A stretch of DNA of 48,820 nt, taken from the IMG/VR virus record IMGVR_UViG_3300006736_000008, positions 1-48,820 of that record; one strand, 5' to 3'. A model generated the notes under the pieces. The model made no database searches. It was not told the origin of the DNA and saw only the letters and a program-made list of their open reading frames with translations. Made by a program: the position numbers and the translations under genes. Shown here piece by piece: positions 17,408-24,576 of the stretch. Each line of letters opens with the position of its first letter. The first letter of the stretch is position 1. The DNA is from a virus (Duplodnaviria; Caudoviricetes).

Positions 17408-17440
17408 AACGGTTCTCCTTATATATGGTTACTTTTGTAA

Positions 17441-17468
17441 AGTATAACATAATATATACTTACGTCAA
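17441..17468 (-). promoter_or_regulatory. Sigma70-type promoter for recT-SMC operon
   Basis: TTGACG-16-TATACT with TG extension. Confidence 0.7.
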
Positions 17469-17546
17469 ATCGGATATCATAAAAAAAAAGGATATCCCTA
17501 ATCCTGTCATTATAATTGCTATGCTAATCAGTTGGAATAGTTTCAT
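17460..17546 (-). CDS. 28-aa hydrophobic peptide
   Basis: MKLFQLISIAIIMTGLGISFFFMISDLT; ATGA-coupled to upstream small ORF. Confidence 0.45.
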   Translation of the reverse strand: MKLFQLISIAIIMTGLGISFFFMISDLT

Positions 17547-17641
17547 TTTTTCTTCACCCATAATGCTGTTAAAAAACCCAGTACGTAACCTAGACCTGTG
17601 GCACAACCAATACCTGTAAGCACTCTATAATAGAAATCCAT
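17543..17641 (-). CDS. 32-aa single-TM peptide
   Basis: MDFYYRVLTGIGCATGLGYVLGFLTALWVKKK; GGAG upstream. Confidence 0.5.
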   Translation of the reverse strand: MDFYYRVLTGIGCATGLGYVLGFLTALWVKKK

Positions 17642-17644
17642 GCT

Positions 17645-17833
17645 TCAACTCCCTTCGGGCCACTTTATTCTTGGCTTGCTAAATTCATGTAAATAAACGT
17701 CACCGTTGGTATAGCTGATTTTACAATCTTCCTTTTTATCTCTGTGCATGGCTCGATGTCGGGCAATACCAAGGTAATGAAAGTCTTTTTTGCAAGTATA
17801 ACAGTAGCATTCTTTTAGTAGGTCATCAGTCAT
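17645..17833 (-). CDS. Small C2H2-like zinc-finger protein
   Basis: CYTC...GIARHRAMH. Confidence 0.6.
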   Translation of the reverse strand: MTDDLLKECYCYTCKKDFHYLGIARHRAMHRDKKEDCKISYTNGDVYLHEFSKPRIKWPEGS

Positions 17834-18629
17834 TTTTCATCAGTCCATTCACATATTTACAGGTCGGATAGAATTCGCACCATTTTGGACTGCATTTCCA
17901 GAATCCCACAGGTGGCGGTAGAAATACTCCTGCTTCCATCGCCCTCTGTGCCATAGCGAATTTCTGCATCGTCACCCTCAAATCTGCTTCCGTCCTCATG
18001 GTTCTTTGCTCTATCGGTTTGATGCCCGATTTCTGGAAAACCAACCAGTCGAGTGTCATTTTCTTAGGTGCTACCCCATACTTGGCCTTGTGAAATATAT
18101 GATATAATGACAGTTGGTCTGAACACGCTGCTGCAAAAGCCGGTGGCGTTCTCTTGGTCTGTTTCAGGTCACGTAAAGTGTAATCCTTCTCGATTACGTC
18201 GATACGGCCCTTCAGATTAAAAGGCCAATCAGGAAGTTCGACCTCAACCGATAGCTCAACCGCCATTGGTTTTATCCTTTGTTGATAAAACTTAAAGTCG
18301 GCCTTCACCAGTTGGATGGTTTCGTCTATGAGTTGGTCACGAACCGCTGCTTTTGGTAAACCCTCAAAATCACAAAGGTTTATGTTATCGTTCAGGAAAT
18401 AGCCCACCACTTCGTCACGCGCTGCATCGGTAATGTCCGATAACTCACGGTTATAGCCTTTTTCCTTCTTGTAAAGTAGGTTGACTTGTCGGCCCTTATG
18501 AGTGCCACACCCCCTGACTGCATAATATCCTGACGGCTCACGTTCTTTATTAAGCTCACGCCTTCGGAACGCCTCACCGCAATCCAACATCAGGTTAAGT
18601 TTGGATTGATGCCACGTAAATTTTTCCAC
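17826..18629 (-). CDS. RecB/Cas4-like PD-(D/E)XK exonuclease
   Basis: GTH, GRIDVI, DLK and QLSLY motifs; N-terminal Cys plus C-terminal CSPKWCEFYPTC (Fe-S pattern); near RecT. Confidence 0.85.
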   Translation of the reverse strand: MEKFTWHQSKLNLMLDCGEAFRRRELNKEREPSGYYAVRGCGTHKGRQVNLLYKKEKGYNRELSDITDAARDEVVGYFLNDNINLCDFEGLPKAAVRDQLIDETIQLVKADFKFYQQRIKPMAVELSVEVELPDWPFNLKGRIDVIEKDYTLRDLKQTKRTPPAFAAACSDQLSLYHIFHKAKYGVAPKKMTLDWLVFQKSGIKPIEQRTMRTEADLRVTMQKFAMAQRAMEAGVFLPPPVGFWKCSPKWCEFYPTCKYVNGLMKND

Positions 18630-18650
18630 AACGGTTCTCCATAATCAGTT

Positions 18651-18824
18651 TCACTTTTTTTCCATCGACCTGAGCCACTTGATATGTTCCATGCCATATT
18701 TCACCAGATTCTCCAAGGCATTGATTCCAGACTTGATGTTTTCTTTATCCCTATACTCATTAAGCATTTGCAGGACTTCAGGGGTTCTTTGCTCGTTCAC
18801 TACTATGGCTTTTATAGGTTTCAT
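18651..18824 (-). CDS. 57-aa ribbon-helix-helix-like regulator, probably leaderless
   Basis: MKPIKAIVVNEQRTPEVLQMLNEYRDKENIKSGINALENLVKYGMEHIKWLRSMEKK; ATG 7 nt after a TACAAT box. Confidence 0.6.
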   Translation of the reverse strand: MKPIKAIVVNEQRTPEVLQMLNEYRDKENIKSGINALENLVKYGMEHIKWLRSMEKK

Positions 18825-18831
18825 GTTATCT

Positions 18832-18859
18832 ATTGTAAACTACATCGGCTGAAAGTCAA
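18832..18859 (-). promoter_or_regulatory. Sigma70-type promoter
   Basis: TTGACT-16-TACAAT. Confidence 0.7.
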
Positions 18860-18970
18860 ATTAAAAGTTAATAACTGTTATCATCTATGTCAGGTCAGTT
18901 GTCACCTGACTTTTATGACTATAACTAAAAGCCATAAAATCGCCTGTACTGGTTTCAGGGGTATTGGGAG

Positions 18971-19813
18971 TCATATCTTCACCTTGCTTCCCTTCACGGT
19001 CGCTCTGAGTGCCTTAATCGCTGCTTGAGCCTGTGCGGGCGTGGCTTGTTCCTTGCGCCACTTAGCTAATCTCTGTTTCATAGCGATATGACCGTATTTC
19101 TTCCGTGCCTCTGACTCTGCCTTTTGTTCTTTGGTTCGATAAGTATTGCTTAAATAATGCCTTATCAGCCCCCAACTATCTGCTTTGCTGGCGTACTGGT
19201 GAATACACTCTGTTATATCTACATCGTCGTACTCTTGGCAACTCTCTATGATGTTTTTACTTAGGTACTCTTTATTGAGTTTTGCATACTCAGGACAAAA
19301 TTGAACAAATAACCTCTGGTGCTTCATGGCTCTTTCAATCATATCACGAATTTTCGGGTCTTTAGCGAGTACATTGTTCGTTAGTAGTTTGTCTGTATCT
19401 GACTCTGTATCTGTATCTGTATCTGGGCGTGTCACCGTGACGTCACCGTGACTATTATCATCAGATAACGGTATGTCACCGTGACCAGACGCAAGGTTTT
19501 GGTCAGTTTTCTTGCGTTCTCTATATTGTCGGGTTCGCTCTGCGCTGGTATCAGATTTGTATTGACGTTTATCCCAGTTCAGTATCTTCCAATCGCCGTC
19601 GATAAACCCCTTGCTGGTAAACAATTTCTTGGTTTCGGTCAGTTCTTCATCAGTGATATGCAGGGCGAATGCCCTCTCAGAATCGCTTAAAGTTTGTAAG
19701 TCACCCCGATTATGAAGGCAAAGTACCATAACCCACCGGCGTTGCATAGCTTCGGGCATGGATTGTATTTTGGGGTCAGTTGAAAACTCATTCCAGAGCC
19801 TAAACCAGTGCAT
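18971..19813 (-). CDS. Phage replication initiator / replisome organizer
   Basis: WFRLWNEFSTDPKIQ, NWDKRQ..SD..AERTRQYRERKK, DTDTDTE linker. Confidence 0.85.
   Translation of the reverse strand: MHWFRLWNEFSTDPKIQSMPEAMQRRWVMVLCLHNRGDLQTLSDSERAFALHITDEELTETKKLFTSKGFIDGDWKILNWDKRQYKSDTSAERTRQYRERKKTDQNLASGHGDIPLSDDNSHGDVTVTRPDTDTDTESDTDKLLTNNVLAKDPKIRDMIERAMKHQRLFVQFCPEYAKLNKEYLSKNIIESCQEYDDVDITECIHQYASKADSWGLIRHYLSNTYRTKEQKAESEARKKYGHIAMKQRLAKWRKEQATPAQAQAAIKALRATVKGSKVKI
19431..19485. repeat. Putative origin iterons
   Basis: Palindrome GTCAC-C-GTGAC at 19431, 19442 and 19475 inside the initiator gene, next to TCTGTA repeats (19392-19425). Confidence 0.7.
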
Positions 19814-19815
19814 CC

Positions 19816-20013
19816 TTATCTCGTTTTAACTATATCTAAGTCCAACCTGTCCATTACCTGAATTGCTCTGTCTTCAGACAGTCTGTTCTCACCGTTAAGC
19901 CATTTGTAAAACATGGACTGACACATGATGTCAGTACACGCATCGGCTAAGTCTTTGATTGACCAACCCCTCTCCTCGATTTCCTTCAATACTATTCCTG
20001 CAAATGTTTCCAT
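19816..20013 (-). CDS. XRE/Cro-type HTH regulator, probably leaderless
   Basis: RGWSIKDLADAC...QSMFYKWLNGE; no SD, ATG 6 nt after TATAAT. Confidence 0.82.
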   Translation of the reverse strand: METFAGIVLKEIEERGWSIKDLADACTDIMCQSMFYKWLNGENRLSEDRAIQVMDRLDLDIVKTR

Positions 20014-20019
20014 AATGTC

Positions 20020-20047
20020 ATTATAATATATTAAAACCGGCTGTCAA
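20020..20047 (-). promoter_or_regulatory. Consensus sigma70 promoter
   Basis: TTGACA-16-TATAAT. Confidence 0.8.
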
Positions 20048-20357
20048 TGGTAGAAGCGAATAATAATTCAAATTTTCTTCTTAGCTGTTTCAACTCCTCC
20101 GAAAGCTCATCAAGTTTATTCATGTCTTCTCCGTGACACATCGGGCAGAAACGCACTTCGTCGGGAAACTCCTGTCCTCCGTTCTCAAAATAGCGGATTG
20201 CATCAACTTGGTGGGGTTCGGCAGGTTTCACATTCATGGCCGGTGCTGATACACCTGCGCCGTCATCGACTAAACTCTCTAAGAGATAGTCACCGTTACT
20301 TTTTGTCAAACCCCACCATCGCCAATACTTACCGTTATATTTCACGTAGGATTCCAT
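20031..20357 (-). CDS. Hypothetical protein (CxxC)
   Basis: Coupled ORF (TGATG). Confidence 0.6.
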   Translation of the reverse strand: MESYVKYNGKYWRWWGLTKSNGDYLLESLVDDGAGVSAPAMNVKPAEPHQVDAIRYFENGGQEFPDEVRFCPMCHGEDMNKLDELSEELKQLRRKFELLFASTIDSRF

Positions 20358-20977
20358 CAGTTTACGCTTTGCTCCTCTACATTATCAAAATTGAATTGGT
20401 CTTTTTTAATTACCTTCACCAACGTAATACCACGTTTTTCAAGCCGTTCAAGTTTCTCAGTATCGTCATCGTCCTTGACCACATATTCGACCGCTTTCGG
20501 CTGATAAACCACAAATACACCGGCTGAAAATGTACCATCAGGGCAGGGGATGGCTTTCTTGTGGGCCAACCAAACCCACGTTTCACCAATCTTAAAATCA
20601 CGTGGCAAAGTATTTATTACCCTGCTCACTCCCATTTTTAACGTTTCGGCTGTGAATTGTGAAGTGGTCTTGTAATGCTGCTCCCCAACCCACAGTAAAC
20701 CGACACGCCCCGGCTCTTGGTCGAGAGGGCAGGTGGCACAAGAGTTCTTAGCGACTCCCATACGGTCACAGATAGTACCTTCCAGAAGTGTCGTGCCGTT
20801 CAGCCACGTAAAACCTCTCGCCGGTTTGATACCATTGTTACAGGTCGGGCAGATATGAAGCGGTATCGGTAGCTTACCGCATGGCTTTCCCAAGAACTTA
20901 GCTACCAGATACATATTGCCCTGTTTTCTGTACCCACATCCCCTTTTACCTTCGACTCTGGTTTGTATTGACGGCAT
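20357..20977 (-). CDS. Cys-containing phage hypothetical protein
   Basis: RGCGYRK, CPTC, LLWVGEQHY; AAGGAGTAAC RBS. Confidence 0.7.
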   Translation of the reverse strand: MPSIQTRVEGKRGCGYRKQGNMYLVAKFLGKPCGKLPIPLHICPTCNNGIKPARGFTWLNGTTLLEGTICDRMGVAKNSCATCPLDQEPGRVGLLWVGEQHYKTTSQFTAETLKMGVSRVINTLPRDFKIGETWVWLAHKKAIPCPDGTFSAGVFVVYQPKAVEYVVKDDDDTEKLERLEKRGITLVKVIKKDQFNFDNVEEQSVN

Positions 20978-21321
20978 TAGACCGTTACTCCTTCCGCTTT
21001 CAATTCCCCCAAGGTTATCGGTTTCCAGTATAGGTCACGTTCGATTTTCAATCCGACCGGCCCACGTAATCCTTCAAGTTCTGATAAGCTGAAGTAGCCA
21101 AGTTCATGTTCCAGACCGTGAACCATACCAAAAAACAGGTAATCGGTCTGCTCTCCAGTATCTTCGTCAAAGACCGGCCCACCTTCTAACACGTACCAAG
21201 TCCAGTTTGTCCAAGGTGTGAAAAACTTACATACAATCTTCGCATCGTCACCATCACCACATTTGTCACCTGAACCGATTTCAGGCATATCCTCAATCAG
21301 TTTTTTTGTCAGTAGTTTCAT
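20977..21321 (-). CDS. DUF2958-like protein
   Basis: KFFTPWTNWTWY...FFGMV.G.E.ELGYFSLSEL...IERDLYW. Confidence 0.85.
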   Translation of the reverse strand: MKLLTKKLIEDMPEIGSGDKCGDGDDAKIVCKFFTPWTNWTWYVLEGGPVFDEDTGEQTDYLFFGMVHGLEHELGYFSLSELEGLRGPVGLKIERDLYWKPITLGELKAEGVTV

Positions 21322-21336
21322 GCTTTGTTTCCTTAA

Positions 21337-21543
21337 TTAAGAGGCCAACCATTCGCCATAAGTTTTGACCGTCCAACCCAGTTGGGTCGCACAATCGACA
21401 TAGATTAGATACTCATCTTTTTTACGAGATTGATAATTGATACAATCATCACAATGCTGGTTTATCGGGTCAGTTTTCACGCCGATAACACCACAGAATT
21501 TACAAATGTCAGTTCGTTCGATTTGATTTACGTCGTTTGCCAT
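21337..21543 (-). CDS. Small Cys-rich hypothetical protein
   Basis: CKFC...CDDC; AAGGAGTAAC RBS. Confidence 0.65.
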   Translation of the reverse strand: MANDVNQIERTDICKFCGVIGVKTDPINQHCDDCINYQSRKKDEYLIYVDCATQLGWTVKTYGEWLAS

Positions 21544-21548
21544 AATTC

Positions 21549-21611
21549 GTTACTCCTTATTAAGTGGGTTTATGTTCTAATATATTATAACACGTACCCA
21601 ACAAGAAGCAA
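21549..21611 (-). promoter_or_regulatory. Early promoter-leader module
   Basis: TTGCTT-16-TATAAT-ATATTAGAA...AACCCA...AAGGAGTAAC. Confidence 0.8.
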
Positions 21612-21633
21612 TTACAAAATAATAAAAATTACC

Positions 21634-22005
21634 TCACTCGATAAAATCTTCGATAGCTTCACTCATACTAGCAAAACCATCTTCATCACCGTCAAGCATT
21701 TCAGCCAGTGTAGTTGTCAACTCTGCACGTTGTTCTGCCTTCGGGTCTTTGCCGTTGTGTTCCTCATTATCCTCACAAGCAGGACAACGAAGGATAGCAC
21801 AGACATTATGGTGTGCGAACTTCCACCCACGTTCTTCAAACGCTTTCTCAAAGATAGTTTTCTGGTTCTCGATATTTGAGCTTTTATTGAAGTTGCCTTC
21901 CCACATCTTAATTAGTTCTTCGTCCAAAACGCACTCATGCACTTCATCCCACATTAAATGATAAGTATCCCAAGGTTCTCGACAATTTGCACAACTAACA
22001 TCCAT
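21634..22005 (-). CDS. Zn-binding phage hypothetical protein
   Basis: CANCREPWD...CPAC...DGDEDG. Confidence 0.7.
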   Translation of the reverse strand: MDVSCANCREPWDTYHLMWDEVHECVLDEELIKMWEGNFNKSSNIENQKTIFEKAFEERGWKFAHHNVCAILRCPACEDNEEHNGKDPKAEQRAELTTTLAEMLDGDEDGFASMSEAIEDFIE

Positions 22006-22007
22006 AG

Positions 22008-22334
22008 TTAAAGCACTCCTTGTTTTTGAAGTCTTTTTTGCATCAGGATTGCAAAGAGTTTGGTCAATGCGATTTTGACAGCCAACGTTTGACTATTGAA
22101 TTTATCTACAGAATGGCTCAGGTAGCGATAAATGCTCTGAGCTTCTTCAGAGTTCAAAGTACCTTCCGATACCGCTATCGACTTGACTTCCTGATACTTG
22201 GCGTGTTCCTGAAAATCCATATCCAGTTTTTTACTAAGCTGTGCCAGTGCTTCGGGTGTTTTTTCGCCAGATGTCACCAAATCTGCCAGTTCAACCTGAA
22301 CCAATTCAATCATGTCCTCTATTCGATTCGCCAC
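22008..22334 (-). CDS. Hypothetical protein
   Basis: GTG start with AGGAGAATCGTT RBS. Confidence 0.65.
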   Translation of the reverse strand: MANRIEDMIELVQVELADLVTSGEKTPEALAQLSKKLDMDFQEHAKYQEVKSIAVSEGTLNSEEAQSIYRYLSHSVDKFNSQTLAVKIALTKLFAILMQKRLQKQGVL

Positions 22335-22350
22335 AACGATTCTCCTTATT

Positions 22351-22746
22351 CTAGTTTTCCAATACCATTATGTAATCTGCCATTACTGACATTACCATTC
22401 CCTTAACTTCCTCAATGTTGGATATGTCTTGGTAGTCTGGATTTTTGGGATACACACTTACTTGAAGTTCGCCACCGTCAGGACATACCAGTAAGTCGAG
22501 TTTCATGTAAGTCCTGTTGCCGTCGAATAGTTCTGCCAACGGTGTAGCCTTCTCTGCGTCCTGAATACGAATCAGCGGAATTATTACCATTTCCTCAAGC
22601 TCGATATCGTTTGGGCTTCTCCAACCGTTCGACGGATTGTCACTTTCATCAATCAGGTCATCAGGGTCAAGGCCCTGCTTAATCCTAAGATATTCCTCAT
22701 GCTCTTTCTTGTGCTGATTTCTGATTTTTTGTAAATTACGGTTCAT
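22351..22746 (-). CDS. Hypothetical protein
   Basis: AAGGAGTAAC RBS. Confidence 0.7.
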   Translation of the reverse strand: MNRNLQKIRNQHKKEHEEYLRIKQGLDPDDLIDESDNPSNGWRSPNDIELEEMVIIPLIRIQDAEKATPLAELFDGNRTYMKLDLLVCPDGGELQVSVYPKNPDYQDISNIEEVKGMVMSVMADYIMVLEN

Positions 22747-22757
22747 TTTGTTACTCC

Positions 22758-23270
22758 TTAAAGTTCGGGCTTCTGTACTATATCAAACCGATAGTTGTTG
22801 CTGCCTTCCTCATCAATAGGAACGCTGACTTGAATCCTCGGCTTACCATTGCAAACCTTGTTAATTGAAATGAACTCCCCTTTGGTTCCCATGAACTCCA
22901 CCTTTTCCTCGTCCACGTAATCGACTTTGACTCCAAGTGCCGTTTCCAACGCCAAAGCCAAATTCTCCATTTTGTCCGCTGCATCCTTCCACTGTTTCTC
23001 TATTTCTGCCTTGCTCCTGATATCGTCCTCATCATGAACAATAACTCTGCTGGTAAGCCTCACCTCCACCGTTTTGCCGTCATAGTAGCGAAGCACTCTT
23101 GACGGAGGACTTGCACAGCGGGCTTGAGTATAGATACGCTGAAGTTGCGGAATACTCTTTTGCTTAAAACCATCGGTCAATTCGCTCACTTTTTTAATAT
23201 CCCACTCTAAACGCTTCAACATTTTTGTCCGAATTTTGTCCAGCAATTCTGGTTTTGTTGACCTTGCCAT
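22758..23270 (-). CDS. Hypothetical protein (first early gene)
   Basis: Start MARSTK after AAGGAGTAAC; in-frame leaderless ATG at 23309 also possible. Confidence 0.7.
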   Translation of the reverse strand: MARSTKPELLDKIRTKMLKRLEWDIKKVSELTDGFKQKSIPQLQRIYTQARCASPPSRVLRYYDGKTVEVRLTSRVIVHDEDDIRSKAEIEKQWKDAADKMENLALALETALGVKVDYVDEEKVEFMGTKGEFISINKVCNGKPRIQVSVPIDEEGSNNYRFDIVQKPEL

Positions 23271-23274
23271 TTTT

Positions 23275-23346
23275 GTTACTCCTTGTTTCATTTGGGTTTT
23301 ATTAATCATTCTAATATATTATAACACACTTCGGCAATGTTGTCAA
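23275..23346 (-). promoter_or_regulatory. Early promoter-leader module (perfect consensus)
   Basis: TTGACA-17-TATAAT-ATATTAGAATG...AACCCAAAT...AAGGAGTAAC. Confidence 0.88.
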
Positions 23347-23376
23347 ATCTACCGCATAAAAAAATAATTATTTTTC

Positions 23377-23421
23377 AAAAAAAAGTGACCGCAACAGTTG
23401 GATGCAAACTATCACGGTCAC
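23377..23421 (-). terminator. Rho-independent terminator ending the structural operon
   Basis: 15-bp stem (with G-U) GTGACCGTGATAGTT/AACTGTTGCGGTCAC, loop TGCATCC, then T8. Confidence 0.85.
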
Positions 23422-23477
23422 AGGAAACAAATGCATTTCTTCCGACGTGCCTTCGTACTTTCTAGACATTCAATATA

Positions 23478-24167
23478 TTAGTACAATTTCTTATAGGAAC
23501 ACTGACCCATCAATAGCATAGGCTGAAAATTACTATCCTCAGTTTCGGATTTTATCTGACCGGCACTCGCTATCAGTTCGGTCTTGGTCGCACCGCCAAC
23601 GTCATCCGTGCAGCCGTCGCCAATATGCAACTTGGCCGCTGTATTCTGTGTGCTTTGAGGTACGGTAATTATCTGGTTCACAAATGTACCTGCGTCCATC
23701 GTCGGAGTCGGGGCTGTTGGAGGATTGTCACCGCAAATATACAGTTCACCTGATATATGCACCACCAACTTAAACGACGACTGATACGTGTCGTTCTTCT
23801 CACTCATAAGCTGAACGTAAGTCGAAGCAGGAACCTTGACCACCGTTACCGGAATTTCTGAATTGGATGCACCCTCTCCACACATCAAATAGATATCACC
23901 AGAACCTTCCAATACCACAAATTCGTCCACACCACAACAAAGCGGATTCGCCGCTGTACCGATTTTCCCGCTGTGACCGGAATGAATCCATATCTGGTCA
24001 AAGTGTTTCGCACTCTGGTCAACGTTGTCAGTTAAATCCTGATTCGTCCGACCGTCAAATACCAGAATATCGTCACTTGCCGGAACACCACTCGGAACCC
24101 AGTTGGCAGCAGTCGCAAAATCACCGTCGTTTCCTGAGTCTGTACCGTCCCAATACTTAATCGCCAT
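23478..24167 (-). CDS. Putative virion/tail accessory beta-rich protein
   Basis: N-terminal YWDG...GDFATAANWVPSGVP...DILVFD motif. Confidence 0.6.
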   Translation of the reverse strand: MAIKYWDGTDSGNDGDFATAANWVPSGVPASDDILVFDGRTNQDLTDNVDQSAKHFDQIWIHSGHSGKIGTAANPLCCGVDEFVVLEGSGDIYLMCGEGASNSEIPVTVVKVPASTYVQLMSEKNDTYQSSFKLVVHISGELYICGDNPPTAPTPTMDAGTFVNQIITVPQSTQNTAAKLHIGDGCTDDVGGATKTELIASAGQIKSETEDSNFQPMLLMGQCSYKKLY

Positions 24168-24576
24168 AATCTATTCCTTTCCAGTTGCCTATACAGCAAT
24201 CTTCTTTGCGTACTTTTATTTTTGCTTCCAAACAGCATTTGCATATCGAACACCACAACACATCGTAAGAACCCGGCGTATGATTTATCGGCAAGTCGTG
24301 CGTTTCTTTCGGTTGCAGCCTGTCCTTTATCGCTGCTTCTAACGTCCTTATACCCCATTCCATTATTGGCAAAAAGGTTCGGTGTTCACACTCATTACAA
24401 ATAGCCGAACGCTCAAGTATCCATTCCCTTCCATCCCACCAGCCTTCAGGTAATATACGAAACGCAAGTGCAGCAGTAAAACCTTTTACGATGTTCGACC
24501 ACTTATCAGAAATTTTATGACAGTCTTCTATTTTTTCTTTACAACCCATAATCAACCTGCAAATACTAAATCCCAC
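24157..24576 (-). CDS. Cys-rich protein (DUF6171-like)
   Basis: R..IC..CEH...C.IC.C.LEAK......C.IG.W. Confidence 0.6.
   Translation of the reverse strand: MGFSICRLIMGCKEKIEDCHKISDKWSNIVKGFTAALAFRILPEGWWDGREWILERSAICNECEHRTFLPIMEWGIRTLEAAIKDRLQPKETHDLPINHTPGSYDVLWCSICKCCLEAKIKVRKEDCCIGNWKGIDYGD

Noticed and set aside
17826-18629. Cas4 as part of a CRISPR-Cas locus
   Set aside because: No array or other cas genes; the context with RecT indicates a recombination exonuclease.
18896-18903. Hairpin loop ACAACUG as a further anti-RBS (matches 6184-6190)
   Set aside because: Only 7 nt, a single target and outside the SD core; consistent with chance.
3754-23284. Repeated GTTACTCCTT as a CRISPR-like or mobile repeat
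   Set aside because: Only 10-11 bp, irregularly spaced and always at gene starts; it is an RBS-associated motif, not an array.
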